63,844 nt of DNA, filler included, from Globobulimina sp. (GCA_003354225.1; 23 parts of 23 records of this genome joined end to end with filler, not necessarily neighbours in it), one strand, 5' to 3'; shown: positions 24,934 through 38,032, numbered from the whole stretch's first letter. Notes: generated by a model not told the origin, from the sequence alone. Program-made: numbers and translations.

Positions 24934-25758
24934 NNNNNNNNNNNNNNNNNNNNNNNNNNNNNNNNNNNNNNNNNNNNTTAATTAATTAANNNNNNNNNNN
25001 NNNNNNNNNNNNNNNNNNNNNNNNNNNNNNNNNCCAATTCAAATGGGATATGGACCTATGCCTTGTTATACGTTCATAAATTACATTTTGTTTGTAATCA
25101 AAACTATCATCTTTTATCTTTCATTTACAATGTATCTGAGTGTAATACTTTGTGTTTCGCGGATGATTCACAATGATTATTTTACAGTATTTTTTTTTAG
25201 TATATATATATTTTGATATGTGTTTTTTTTTACTATATTTTTGTTGTCAATGTGTTTGTAATTATTTATATATTAGTTTTAAGTCCTTTTGCTTTCAGTT
25301 GTGAAATATTTTTGCGTATCCTGGCACATTTGTATTATCAGATTGTTGTTTAAAAACGGAAACACGAAATGAACCTTGAGCCTTTACGTTCCAGTTCGAA
25401 TCAACAAACAAATCATCATAATGAAAGGAAGAAAAGCTAATTGATTTCTCAGTGCAATATTATCCAAATCCATTTATCCTCAAACATAGCATTAAAATTA
25501 GCCGGCATTAAAAGTTGCATTGTATTATGATATGGATTATAAACCACAATAAGAAGTCAAGTGCCACCCAGCCACTCCTATAATGTGACATATTTCTGTC
25601 TGTGAAAAACTTTTAAGAGTCTTCGTTTGGATAAAAAAAAGCAATAATAATTAAAGACGCACAACTGAAATTAAGAAACTTATAAACTAGCAAACAATGA
25701 CAATTGAAATAAAACAATATGAATGAATGAATTAATAAAAAACAAGTCCGAATTGAAT

Positions 25759-27714
25759 TTATTGTCTCTGCGAAGTCCGAATGTATTGCGACAATTTCTT
25801 GGAAATAATTTCCGCCAATTTGGCAGATTTCAGCGGCAGTCGCAGATCCTTTTGCGTTTTGTAAGAGTGGCTGTCAATATACGCCAAATTGCTCGTCAAT
25901 GAAGATTGCGTCTCAAATGTCGCTGTTTTTTTAATTGTCGTCGAATTGGAATTGGAATTGGAAAAAGAATGATTCTGATTCGGATTATTCGGATGATTAA
26001 TATTCTGACGATTATAATATCTTTGCTGCAGTTTGAAAGTGCAAATTAACATTTTCTTGCCCGGCCGGTTCGAAATGGAAAAGAAAGATTTCCACGGATA
26101 AAAACTGACAAACTTCAGCTTGTTTTGCTTGCTTTGCGACCACCGACAAAGCAACAAGCCGTTGCCCAAAATGATAAACAGTTCGTGCTGATGGTTCGGT
26201 TCCGTCTCAAACGAGCCTTCAAACGAAATAAACGACAACAACTTATTCTGGCGGTCGTCGCGATCGCGCCCATCCTCTTCATTCTGGCGGTTGTACTCAA
26301 TGTCCATTCGAGTCAGGTTCTCCTTAATCAGCGCATCCGAGTACTTGTACTCTTTCATGATATTCATGCGCGAATAAAACATCCTTGTTTTCCTTTTCCG
26401 CGTCGAATTGATCAGCAAAGTCTGGTTTGTCACCGAAGGCAAAGTATTCCCAATTCCAGACACTAAGTCCGAGCCCAAATCCATGACTCCCACCAACGGC
26501 TTGCACACTAAGCCCATGACTCCCTGACCGAACCCGGCGATGGCTCCCTTGACCCCGTCCTCCTGCCCGCCCTGGATGGGGTCCTTCCAAATCCCCGAAA
26601 TGCCGGCCCAAGAATGCGACGCCAACTTCTTGCCGCCTTTAAAGATGCCGTCCGCCATATTCTTCGGCTTACTGTCTTGTTTCCCCTTCAACATTGACCG
26701 ATGTTTCGCGAAGTCGGTGTCGCCGGAAGCGTACGCTAAGCCGGTGCCGAGTGCCGAGGTCAGCGAGGAGACGCTGTGCGTGATGCCCTGGATCGACTGC
26801 TGCAGCAAAGAGTAAGTTCCTTTGCCAAAGCCCCGGAAGACTTCGCCCGGCGTAGTGCCGGCTTGCGGCTCGAACCAGAAATCCTGCAAACCGCTGCGGA
26901 CACTGTTGGTCAAACCGGCGATGTTTCCCAAGATCTCCAAAGAACCGATGATGTTAAAAAAGCCGCGCAGTAATTCCCCGCTGTAATGCGACGACAATCT
27001 GTTGATCAACGTCAAAGAGTCGAAGACGCGGTCCCTTTCGGCGTAGCCAGACACGCGAATCACCGCACAATCAAAGTTCACCACAACCACTCCGAACTGG
27101 AACATGATGTCGTTTAACAGCGGCACGTTGCCATTGTTGCTGCTGTCGCGTTTGTCGTTTAGTAGCGGCGCCAAATGTTGCTTCGTCGACGAGTTTAAGG
27201 CGCAGTATTCGTCGTAGTTGCTATTCATGTCCGTGTCGGCTTTATTTTCATTAATGAAAGTTTCGTCCAAATCGCGAAAGGAAACAATAAATTCCATGGG
27301 CGCCAGAAATAACTGTCCGAAATACATCGGTTGCGGCTCGTCCTTACCATTATGGTCGTTGCTGCTGGAGCTGTTTTGATAGGAATTGATTGAGGTGAAG
27401 ACGTAGAAAAAGTTGATTAGTTTTTGCAATGTGGCGCCATCCAAAGACAGTGCGAATTTCTGCGGCCGGACATTCAATATTTGCACATATTTACTCGACG
27501 AAGTTTGCGAACATAAATTTAATTGAAAGTCGAGCCACGGCAACTTCTTATTGGTTTTGCTGTGCCTGGCCGGGACCGGAATGCCTACGAATAACACGGA
27601 GGAGATGGCGTTGTTCATTTGGTTGTCGATTTGGAAGGAATCCAATGTGAAACGTATGCGCTGTTCATTGCGCGATAATAATAAGTTAAATTGCAACTTA
27701 TCGCCTGCAATGTA
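25759..27714 (-). CDS. VPS13: VPS13-family lipid transfer protein, C-terminal part (5' partial)
   Basis: FQIDNQ, IIGSLEILGN and the ATG2_C-like PIQGGQEDGVKGAIAGFGQGVMGLVCKP. Confidence 0.9.
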   Translation of the reverse strand, partial: YIAGDKLQFNLLLSRNEQRIRFTLDSFQIDNQMNNAISSVLFVGIPVPARHSKTNKKLPWLDFQLNLCSQTSSSKYVQILNVRPQKFALSLDGATLQKLINFFYVFTSINSYQNSSSSNDHNGKDEPQPMYFGQLFLAPMEFIVSFRDLDETFINENKADTDMNSNYDEYCALNSSTKQHLAPLLNDKRDSSNNGNVPLLNDIMFQFGVVVVNFDCAVIRVSGYAERDRVFDSLTLINRLSSHYSGELLRGFFNIIGSLEILGNIAGLTNSVRSGLQDFWFEPQAGTTPGEVFRGFGKGTYSLLQQSIQGITHSVSSLTSALGTGLAYASGDTDFAKHRSMLKGKQDSKPKNMADGIFKGGKKLASHSWAGISGIWKDPIQGGQEDGVKGAIAGFGQGVMGLVCKPLVGVMDLGSDLVSGIGNTLPSVTNQTLLINSTRKRKTRMFYSRMNIMKEYKYSDALIKENLTRMDIEYNRQNEEDGRDRDDRQNKLLSFISFEGSFETEPNHQHELFIILGNGLLLCRWSQSKQNKLKFVSFYPWKSFFSISNRPGKKMLICTFKLQQRYYNRQNINHPNNPNQNHSFSNSNSNSTTIKKTATFETQSSLTSNLAYIDSHSYKTQKDLRLPLKSAKLAEIISKKLSQYIRTSQRQ

Positions 27715-27814
27715 NNNNNNNNNNNNNNNNNNNNNNNNNNNNNNNNNNNNNNNNNNNNTTAATTAATTAANNNNNNNNNNNNNNNNNNNNNNNNNNNNNN
27801 NNNNNNNNNNNNNN

Positions 27815-28990
27815 AAAATCGTGAAAAAATTGAATGTGGGATTATTTGATAAACTGTTACGACAAAAACAATTAATACTTTTTGATGGTTATTTTAGGTT
27901 AAATACTAATAACATGCAAATACCACAAGATATCATTGCTTTGTTTTATATGTTTTATGAGATTCACATTGCTTTATTACTACAAATAATCAAAGAAAGC
28001 GGACAGTGTATCCCCACATTACGCAACCAAACCATTCACAAAATGACAGAAAAAGATTGTACCGCACTAGCGCGGTTATTGCGGGATCAAAAAGAATATT
28101 TTGTAGCGCATGAAATGATGTCTTTTTTACTAAAATCCAATCCAAAGTGTGCCAAATTGCATAGTATAATGGCAACAATATTATCGAGATGGAGCTGTTA
28201 TTTTAGCGCAGAAAATGAATATCAACTTGCCATTAAACTCGAACCTGACAACAATGCGTTTAAATATAACCTTGGTTTATTATACGAAAAAGAGGAAAAA
28301 TACGATTTAGCATTACAAATGTTTTTAAGTGCCTCAACCAACGATCCCACAGAAGCTGAATATTTGTTTGAATCGGCGTATTGCTTCCAAATGTTGAAGG
28401 ATTTCCATAACGCAACTTTAAATTATTTGAAATGTATGCAAATGGACGCAAACAGAGCTATTTATTATGAATATTATGCACTATATTTATGCCAAGAATT
28501 TAGTGATTTAAAATTAGGGCAAAGATATTTTGAAAAATCCATTGAGTTAGAAACAAATCGGTGGCAAGTTTATTATTCGTATGGTCGATGCTTGCGAGAT
28601 TATTTTAAAGATTATGAGAAATCGAAAGAAATATATTTGAAGGCATTGGAATTGGATTCGAGTAAAGGTTTTATATATGGAAGTTATGGATATTTGTTGT
28701 ATTTAAACAAATTGTATGATGAAGCACAAATATATTTGGAGATAGGAATTGATTTAGATCCAGATAGGCCATTCACGCATTATTATAATTCCTTGTTGTT
28801 CAGGAAAATAAATTGCAAAGTTAAAGCAGAGAAATATTTATTGGACGCAGTGAGTGTTACAAGTATTCCTAAAGCAGTTATAAGAATTGTACAGAGGATG
28901 AAAAAAGAAAATCCTGCAGATATAGAGCATCATCTAAAGTTTGAAATATTGTTAAATGCAAAAGTTACTGCTATGGACATGAAAACATAA
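27815..28990 (+). CDS. TPR-repeat protein (5' partial)
   Basis: Repeats such as YQLAIKLEPDN..YNLG, YFEKSIELE and YLKALELD. N-terminal DGYFR...IPQDII motif. Confidence 0.85.
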   Translation, partial: KIVKKLNVGLFDKLLRQKQLILFDGYFRLNTNNMQIPQDIIALFYMFYEIHIALLLQIIKESGQCIPTLRNQTIHKMTEKDCTALARLLRDQKEYFVAHEMMSFLLKSNPKCAKLHSIMATILSRWSCYFSAENEYQLAIKLEPDNNAFKYNLGLLYEKEEKYDLALQMFLSASTNDPTEAEYLFESAYCFQMLKDFHNATLNYLKCMQMDANRAIYYEYYALYLCQEFSDLKLGQRYFEKSIELETNRWQVYYSYGRCLRDYFKDYEKSKEIYLKALELDSSKGFIYGSYGYLLYLNKLYDEAQIYLEIGIDLDPDRPFTHYYNSLLFRKINCKVKAEKYLLDAVSVTSIPKAVIRIVQRMKKENPADIEHHLKFEILLNAKVTAMDMKT

Positions 28991-29828
28991 GAATTACAAT
29001 ATTAATAAACATGTTTTTCATTTCGTTTTTTCCCGACAAAAACACTATTGCATACTTCCGAATAGTCTGGATGTTGGTGAAAAAATAATGCAGTCCGTAC
29101 AGTTATTAAAATGCAAATTAATAATAATAATAACGACCTTCTTCGTCGTTGTATGAACAAAATAAATATTAAGAGAAAAAAGTAAAACTTGTACCATGAT
29201 CATGCAACAAAAACAGTGATACTGTATATAAAAAATAATAAAAAAAAGCAAATCGGAAAAAAAATCATAACAAAATGAAAAATGTAGGTTATCCAAAAAA
29301 ATAAATGAAAAGGTGACATATTTACAAAAAAAAAATAAATATGACATACTATCACAATATTAAAATAAAAAAACACGAGTTACACAAACATTATTATTAT
29401 TATTTGATTGGTGATGATATGAGATAGAAAAAAGTAGAAATAAGTTACCAGAAAAAAAAGCAAAAAAAAACAAAAATAAAACAGATTATAGCAAAAACAA
29501 AAAACAAAATTGCAGATTAATTTGCATTCTCTATCAAATAATTGATGTCAGTATATATATATTCTTGAAAGCAACATTACAACATCCAAAACACAGTACA
29601 AATTAAAAAAAAACAAAAAAAACATCAAATAAATGGCTATCAATGTTGACCACAACAGAGCAGTTACACAGAGAAAGAAATTAAAAAATAATACGCTACG
29701 TTGAAGGTAAGGAGGTAAAAAAAATAATACATATAAAATATGTCAATAATGTCATGTTATTTCACAGTCAAAATCAGAAAACAAAAACAAAAACACTCAA
29801 ACAATATATATCAATCTGTGGCTACAAA

Positions 29829-30494
29829 TCACCAATTCCGATTTTTATAATACGCATCTGACTCATCAAATGGATACGAAAACTCCTTTGATTTGGATGA
29901 AGAACTGCTCGATGAACTAGACGAAGAACCAGACGATGAAGATGATGAACTGGATGAGGAAGACGATGAACTTGAGCTGGATGAAGATGATGAGCTGTAA
30001 CTGGATGAGGAAGATATTTTGGCCCACCATGATTTATGTGGCAACGGCTTAATAACTTTCGAATCATCGTCAGGTATCCGGATAGGTTTACTCGTAGGGC
30101 TCGCCACAGGTTTTCTGGTGGGATAATGTGTTGGACGCGGCGTCTGTTCAGTGGGTAATATTATAATCAACGGCGTTGGTGTTGGATTTCTCGTTGGTTT
30201 ATAAGTTGGATTCCCCGAAGGTCTGTACGTTGGACTTTTGCTAGGTTTGTATGTCGGTGTCGGTGTGGGTCGTACTGTTGGGTCAAATGTAGGCGGCGCA
30301 TGAGGCGGCAATATAGGATCAGGTGTGGGGCGATGAGTGGGTGTCTTACTTGGTTCATATGTTGGCTTTTCAGTGGGTTTATACGTAGGAACTATAGTTG
30401 GTTTATGTGGTGATTTACTTGGTCTGTCTGTAGGTTCTGGTGATGGCTGATCAGTAGGTCTCGCACTAGGCACTTTCGATGGCGATGCGGTAGG
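29829..30494 (-). CDS. Pro/Thr-rich (PTxxP repeat) extracellular protein, C-terminal part
   Basis: Tetrapeptide-period PTYK/PTEK/PSKS repeats followed by poly-Ser. The frame is open to the contig end. Confidence 0.75.
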   Translation of the reverse strand, partial: PTASPSKVPSARPTDQPSPEPTDRPSKSPHKPTIVPTYKPTEKPTYEPSKTPTHRPTPDPILPPHAPPTFDPTVRPTPTPTYKPSKSPTYRPSGNPTYKPTRNPTPTPLIIILPTEQTPRPTHYPTRKPVASPTSKPIRIPDDDSKVIKPLPHKSWWAKISSSSSYSSSSSSSSSSSSSSSSSSSSSSGSSSSSSSSSSSKSKEFSYPFDESDAYYKNRNW

Positions 30495-30623
30495 NNNNNN
30501 NNNNNNNNNNNNNNNNNNNNNNNNNNNNNNNNNNNNNNTTAATTAATTAANNNNNNNNNNNNNNNNNNNNNNNNNNNNNNNNNNNNNNNNNNNNTCATAT
30601 ACAAATATATTTTAATAAATAAG

Positions 30624-30983
30624 GTATATTGTTTTGGAGGGAATGGGCAGTATCAATGTGGTAATGGTTCAGATAAAACTGTATATTTACCACAACCAAA
30701 TGAAACATAAAAAAAGCAAACAATTATTGATATTAAATGTGGTGGACATCATAATATTATTAAAACAGCGGCTAAGAAATTTTTTTTATGGGGGAATAAT
30801 GAATATAATCAATGTTTATATGTTCATGATGCCAACCCACCAAACCGTATTAAGAAACCCTTATTATTTAATTCAAATTATTTTGATAAAGAAATACTAG
30901 ATATGTATCCTGGATATCGTGAAACACGAATAATAATTGATAATTGGAAAGAAAATAATGAAAATGAAAAAGATAATTTATGA
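30624..30983 (+). pseudogene. RCC1-repeat gene 3' end with an in-frame stop
   Basis: VYCFGGNGQYQCG...PNET*KKQTIIDIKCGGHHN...FLWGNNEYNQC, with TAA at 30708-30710 in frame. Confidence 0.65.
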
Positions 30984-31320
30984 TTCGACGGCATATTGTT
31001 TGATCTTAAAAATCTCTTAAACAGATTCCAAGTCTTTTTTGCTTCGCAGACGATATATCCAGATAGATCCCCCATAGCCTCAACTCCTGCTCATAAATCA
31101 TAATTATGTAAAAAAAAAATATCCGGAAGCTTAATTTCTGTTTTTCAGCAAATTATTAGTATACAGTACAAAGGATGACAATGATTATTACAAATATGTT
31201 GGAATAATGGAAAGGAATTGTTTAAGCTTCAAAATACGAATAGATTTAATATTAAATAAGAAACGAACATATTATTAGTCAAATTAGCAACAAATGCAAA
31301 AAAAAAAGTAGTCTCTTGTT

Positions 31321-33274
31321 CTATGATAAAAATTTAATAATAACTTTTTTATTTTTATCATATTTAAAGCCATTATTTTTAAATTTATTTGATTTTAAGA
31401 AGTGCGTTAAATTAACGCCGGTAATCGACATCGCAGTGCATTTCGTTTGGAAATCTTTTAACTGAATCACAACCTCCGTATCATCCCTTTCTTGCGCATC
31501 TTCAGTGTACGTCATCTGTTTCCATTTAATTTCTTCATCGACCTCTTGATTCAATAAATGTAGAATTAATTGATTGGTATCTTTCGAATAATTCAAATAT
31601 TGATTAAAATGTTTCTTCAAATTCAATTGGATGGACTTCTTTTGCGTTTTGATAAACGACTCCAACATTACACGAATAGCGATATCCACATCGTCAGACC
31701 GCACAAACTCACACAAATGCAATTTTGCGCGAGCCTCAGCGATACGTAATATCGATTCGATATGGCGCACTGCGATGGGTATACCGCCCGCGGAAGACAT
31801 CGATTTCTGTCTCAAATCACTGTAAAACTCTGCAATTTTGTCGCGATCAATGTTATCCAATTTGGGACGACAGGTTTGCTTTGCAAATAGAATATATTTT
31901 TTCAACTGTTCCTGCGTCAGATTCAATGAATTTATCTGCTCCGTTTCCAGCACCTCGTCCTCTTCGCGCACCGTGGCGGGATGGCATTTGATATGATTAT
32001 TCACCACGAACTTAGCCAACATCTCATCGTTCACTGCGTCCACTTTGTCTTTCACCACCGATAACACGTCAAATCGAGATAAAATCGGATCGGTTAAGTC
32101 CACATTTTCGATAAAAGTCAAGCTGGAATCATAGCGGCCGCGTAAAGGGTTCGCCGCTGCAATCACAGCACAGCGCGCTTGCAACGTGGCAATGATTCCA
32201 GCTTTGACACGGAAATGGTTTGTTGTTCCATGGCCTCATGGATAGAAACGCGATCTTTCTCGTTCATTTTGTCAAATTCATCAATTAAACAAATGCCACG
32301 GTCCGCCAATACCAACGCACCGCCTTCCAACGTCCATTCCCCGCTCATACGATCTCTCCGGACACTCGCAGTTAGACCGACGGCCGAGGCTCCTTTGCCG
32401 GTGCTGTACACCGAGCGGAATGCGATCTTATTGATATATTTCAAGAATTGCGATTTGCCCACGCCCGGATCGCCTAATATTAAAATGTTTATATCGCCGC
32501 GGACCCGATGCTTATTGCTATGGATCTTCTCTTGTCCGCCGAGTAAAGCGTATAATATCGATTGTTTGATATATTGGTAGCCGTAAATCGAAGGACACAC
32601 CACTTCATCAAGCAATATCTGCTCTAAATCTGGTATCTTACTAAGTGCATATAAAAAAAAAAGTTTTTTAGAGAAAAAACATTTTCCTTTTTTTTATTTA
32701 AAACAGGAAAGTAATATTCCAGTCATTATACCTTAGAGTATTGGTGAAATATAATTTCTCCTCATCGGAAATCTCAAACTGCGAATAATAATCACTTTCT
32801 TTTAAGATATTATTCGCTTCGATGATCGTAGAAAAAACCGGGAACGAATTCAGCGATTCAATCTGCGCCGAAAATATATTTTTATAAATGCCGGTCACTT
32901 GGATCTCCTCTCCCGGCCGTATACTATCACACAAATCATCGATTAATATCACATCTCTACTCCTCGGGATCCGGCCCGCCGGCACTGCGGAAGGCGACTC
33001 TTGTAACACAATCTTTTGATAGTTCCTGTATAATGTCTTGCTTTCATTCAATTTAAACGGTCCATTCCCTGTGCAATCCGGACACGATGCCGGTTTTACT
33101 AAATCGTCGCCTCTCTGCCCACCACCGTTAGTCTCCACATTCTGTGCGATGGGCGATGTGGTAAAGCCACATTTCATACAATCAAAGCGGACTAACTGTA
33201 ACTGCGGGAATATGTAAGTTCGCCGGGTGCAGACACCATTGACCTGGACGAAGGAATTTAAGTGTAATTGCCGC
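31321..33274 (-). CDS. MCM2: DNA replication licensing factor MCM2 (5' partial; intron 32641-32731; 1-nt frameshift near 32204)
   Basis: Zn finger, [45 protein letters not shown] and PIAVRHIES. Confidence 0.93.
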
Positions 33275-33374
33275 NNNNNNNNNNNNNNNNNNNNNNNNNN
33301 NNNNNNNNNNNNNNNNNNTTAATTAATTAANNNNNNNNNNNNNNNNNNNNNNNNNNNNNNNNNNNNNNNNNNNN

Positions 33375-33473
33375 TCTGCTGCTGTTGATTAACCTATTGT
33401 TATTGCTGATTGGCATGATCGTAGATGACATCTCGGGTAGTGTGCTGGCGGCCATTATTTTCTTGCCCATCGT
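33375..33473 (+). other. Fragment resembling a bacterial TRAP transporter large permease (DctM)
   Basis: LLLLINLLLLLIGMIVDDISGSVLAAIIFLPIV matches the DctM pattern. GC is higher than in the rest of the contig. Confidence 0.55.
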
Positions 33474-33673
33474 TAATTCATTTCTAGCGCCAATAGAATT
33501 GCTGACAAAAAATGCCGTATCCCAAGACCTAGCAACTCCGTTTAACCAGTTTTCATCTGTATGTTTTGAAGGATTATTGACCTGGTTATGGTTTTCTATT
33601 CCCACTGTTTTTATTGGGCACACATTATTCAACTCAAAAATACTGATAAAAGTTTGTCCCTCTTCAACCCTGT

Positions 33674-35281
33674 CTAATGTTTTATAACAGGCATTAAGAC
33701 GTTCCAAGGATTTCTGTATATAACCATTCTTTCTCTGACAGATTCCAATTTATCTGGATCAGATCTATCTTCAAAACCTCGCATTCTTTCGTGACGAACG
33801 AGATGTTTTCTATAAATCTAAAATTAAAATTATTAAAATATTTCTGTAAAATTTTTTATTATTGTTTAAAAAAATACCTCTGGTAATAATTCTGCAGCTG
33901 GTAATAGATATAGCAATTGATTTAAATTCATACCACGGTTTTCAATTAAACCATCACGAAATTGTATAAACCAATTATCATTACAAAATATCGGATACAT
34001 CCTAGATATCATTTCAACAGTAGTCTGAAACAATTTTAAGAATAAATAAGTAATGTAATGAAATTTAAATTCTAAAAATGTTACACGCCAAGGTCTAGGA
34101 TTTTCATAGTGTTGTAATGGTTCAGAAATATCAGAGAAAAAATTGTTGTCATACTCGTTAACAGTCAAATATTTTTGTTCCAAAAAACGTGTACGTATTA
34201 AAGCAGAAGGTGCTTTAATAAATATTTGACAATTATTTAAATTAATAAATTGACCACAAAAACCATGAGATCCTATTGGCTTAGTCATAAGTTCCATAGC
34301 AGCCACTGTGTCTGTTCTTTTTAAATTCAATTTTTTCTTTAACCTTAACAAGTAATCAACAGGAACAAACCAACATTTTGTTTCCAAAATTAATCTATAA
34401 ATAATAATATTTAAAGAATTATAATTAACATATAAAAATTAAAAGGATATACCTATCAATCGACTGTTCCTCCGATCTTTCTCTGATAATTCGGTCAGCC
34501 AATTCTCCATTAATATTATTAATAGTAAATCTTTCTAACGTATCTACAGTAAGATGAAGTTGTTGACGTTGTCTCTTGAATGCAAATAAAATGCTAATAG
34601 CTGCTGTTAAACTGTATTTCGTAATAACTTTTGAAAAACCGACGTTATCCATATAAAATGTACCACTTTCTCTAGATCTTTCATTGAATCGTGTTAATTT
34701 TTGAAAACATATCGCAATTTGACATAAAATGTTTTCATCCTATAAAAAATATTGTGAATAAAGTTTCTTCAAACAATATAAATTTTTAAGAACTATTGTT
34801 GACATATAATTGAATCGTAAAATTTAGTAATAATATATACAAATTTATAATTTACTTACCCTTGATTGATCTTCCCAATTATTATACATTATATCATTTG
34901 TTTCTTCTCCTTCTAACATACGAAAACGTTCATTAATAATATTTCTTTCTATTTCTTTATTTTCAGCCATGTAGGTTTTGAATAATTCAGCTGCATCATC
35001 ATCAAATGTGTATCTTCTGCTTCTATCCAATTTATCGCTATTCTAAAGTAAAAGTTAATCAATAATTTGTATATTTTATTAAAATAAAATAAACTTACAA
35101 CCATAGAATATGCTAAACCTTTTGTATAAACAGTTAAATCAGACATTTCCAATTTAGGTCCATAATCGCCAGACTCACTACTCAAAGGCATCATTATTAT
35201 TTTCAATCTGAAATTTAACGCTTTATTTATGTGTCTGCTATGTGGCCAAAAATTAAACAATGTATTAAACTTCGCATACAT
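33674..35281 (-). CDS. Multi-exon hypothetical protein (about 4 introns)
   Basis: ORF pieces 34949-35281, 34845-35030, 34425-34652 and 33866-34387 join in frame through GTA...AG introns. Confidence 0.6.
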
Positions 35282-35892
35282 GTCACATAAAGGGAGGTGT
35301 TGGAAGTTCTTTATTATTTGTCATCTACCTACAATATCGCTCACGTATAGGATCTCACATCAGATACAATCTACTCACAAAGTACTCGACCAAGGAACAA
35401 AACTTGACCAAGTGACCAAACGGCCCCCAAGTAGACATCTGTTGATCTGTTAAGTAGAAAAGTATCCTGAACATTAAATTTCAATCATGTGTAAAGTATA
35501 GACAAACGTATGGATACGTATATGTCTGACAGACATACCCTGAGCTGGAAAGTTGTAATTTGATTAGATACGCATAAGCACAGAAGTATCCTGGAGGTTC
35601 ATATGCGTATGTCTTGGGACACAGAGAGACAATATACATATAGGATATATATGTGTATGTATATTGTATGTGATCTTGTACGTGAGCGGTACTCTACTCT
35701 ATGTCTATGTGCACTCCTACTAACTACGCTCCTGCATCTCTGATCAGCACATAGATTATGTGAGGATACATGTATATTTAAAAATTTTCTTAGCAAAATG
35801 GTATAGCAAAATGGCAAAATGGCCGTCTCTGGTCAGTAGTTACGCAAGGAACCGGGTGCTGATTTTTTTCTTAGCATTTAGAATTTATTAAG

Positions 35893-36054
35893 AGTACAGT
35901 ACAGTGAAGTACAGTAAAGTACATCACAGTACAGCACAGTACAGTACGATACAATACGGTACAGTACAATAAAGTAAAATACACTATAGTACAGTAGACT
36001 ACGGTACAGTACAGTAGAATACATTAGTGTCCAGTACAGTATGGTAGAGTACAG
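35893..36054 (+). repeat. Degenerate (AGTAC)n pentanucleotide microsatellite
   Basis: 5-bp periodicity (agtac agtac agtga agtac...) continues to the contig end. Confidence 0.85.
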
Positions 36055-36154
36055 NNNNNNNNNNNNNNNNNNNNNNNNNNNNNNNNNNNNNNNNNNNNTT
36101 AATTAATTAANNNNNNNNNNNNNNNNNNNNNNNNNNNNNNNNNNNNNNNNNNNN

Positions 36155-37756
36155 AATGATGTCCATTGTCGGTTGATCCTGATGGTTGTGGATTTGAAGA
36201 AATTACGTGCTATATCGGCGGTGGCAGATCTAAATAATGGGCGTCTTGGGGGCGATTTGAAAGGTATGTAGACTTAGATAAATTGCGAATGTGCGCGGAA
36301 TTCCGCATATTTATTACATTCGCATATAGATAAATGAATAGTATATGAATAAATAGGACGGGCATTGAAAACTCTGTGGTCAAGGAAAGGAACACGCGAA
36401 CTTAAAAAAAAATATCTTTGGTTAAGAGGAGTTAGCGGACAGCATGCCCAAATCACTATGATGGGTGGTTTTTTGAATCAACATGTCGTGATTGTGGAAA
36501 AGCGCAACCCAGATATTACAGAAAATGCCAGTGCGTGTTATGTATATACTTCGGTGGTAAAATTGGTGATGGCTGAAGCTATGAATCGTAAAATGGAAAC
36601 ATTAGATTGGCTGTTTACAAAATTTATAGAAGAAACAAGCAACAATGCGAAATTTGAGGGACATTTATTAGACGCCAAATTAGCATTTCTGTCGTCTTTG
36701 TCTAATCAGGCGGGAGTATTGATGGAAGAAGTGGTAGAAGATGCCCGTCAAATTGAAGTAATTAAGGTAGACTGTTTAGTCCGGGAGCGGATACATCAAA
36801 TGAAAAGCGATGTGAAAAATAGTGCGATTAGGTGGGGTGCCAGATCGAAAAAGACGACACGAACTTCTTCGAACGGTGGTATAACCGAATACGGCTTCTT
36901 CGATAGTTGGTACAACCCTGAACAGAAAATGCAGCAAATATGTATGAACGGCCCAGAGAACGATAATAATAATAATAATGCATCGGCTATGGCTAATGAT
37001 GAGAATGAAAACAAGGTGGCGACAGGGAAGAGAAATGACGAGAACGACGATTTGCCCGATCGAGAAAATATGGAGGCGACAGGGAACAGAAATGTAGAGA
37101 ACGACGATATGCCCGATATAGAAAATATGGACATGGATGTGCCAGATTTACAAAATATGGTCTCAGATGAGAGCGATGTGCCACCATCGACGGAAAGTGA
37201 ATCGGAGGGGGCGATCCTGGTAATAAAAAAAAAAAAACCGAAGAAGGTACTGAGTAAAAAAGGAAGGAATAAGTCACACGGAAGTGATACAGATACGGTG
37301 ACAAGCAGGAAGCCGCGAGCGAGACGGGCGAAACGGGACGGGCGAAGAAGGTCTAGGGAAGCCGCGAGAAGAGAATTTGCAGAGGAAAAGGCAGAGAGGA
37401 AACGATTGCAAGATTTGCAAAAAATTGTAAAAAGGGGGCGGAAAAAAGAGAAGAAAAGGAGAATGATCAAAAGTAGGACGAAAAAACAGGCTGCGACCAA
37501 AGGGCCACGGATTAGAATGAATATGAAGAATACGGATAAAGGAAGGTTTGGTAAGTGGAGAAGACAAAAAAAAAAAGAATTGACACCGCCCAATACAAGT
37601 GGAGGATATAATAAGCGAAGGCAAAGTGCAGTCGAACATCATCAAGCGGTTAAGATGCAACAGAAACTTGGGAAACAATGTGATGATGACAGTATTAATT
37701 GGATTGGAAATGAAGAAGGAGGGGAATTGATAAATTTATGTTCAGCTTCAGACTAA
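36155..37756 (+). CDS. Hypothetical protein with acidic repeats and a basic region (intron 36264-36356)
   Basis: Long ORF with the duplicated segment ATG.RN.ENDD.PD.ENM and a C-terminal QSAVEHHQAV motif. Confidence 0.7.
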
Positions 37757-38032
37757 CTTTCTTTGGTGGACTTTTGTTTTTGATAAATTTATTGATGTAG
37801 ATTTAGACTAACTTTCTTGATGTAGACTTAGAAAAAAATAAATAAAGCAATCCACCCATAAATAAAGCAAATTAAGATAGTGATGTGAACTTAGAAAAAA
37901 ATAAAGATATAAATTGAGGTCGAAAAAACAAATTTATTAGAAAATAAACATGTAAAAAAACTGACTTAATTATAAATAAAGCAATCCACCCATAAAAAAA
38001 AGAAAAAAAACTAAATGTTTAAATATCGTCAA

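Noticed and set aside
30708-30710. In-frame TAA in the RCC1 gene as evidence of stop-codon reassignment
   Set aside because: TAA ends conserved genes correctly (H3, HECT ligase, peptidase) and long genes have no internal TAA or TAG. A point mutation or error is simpler.
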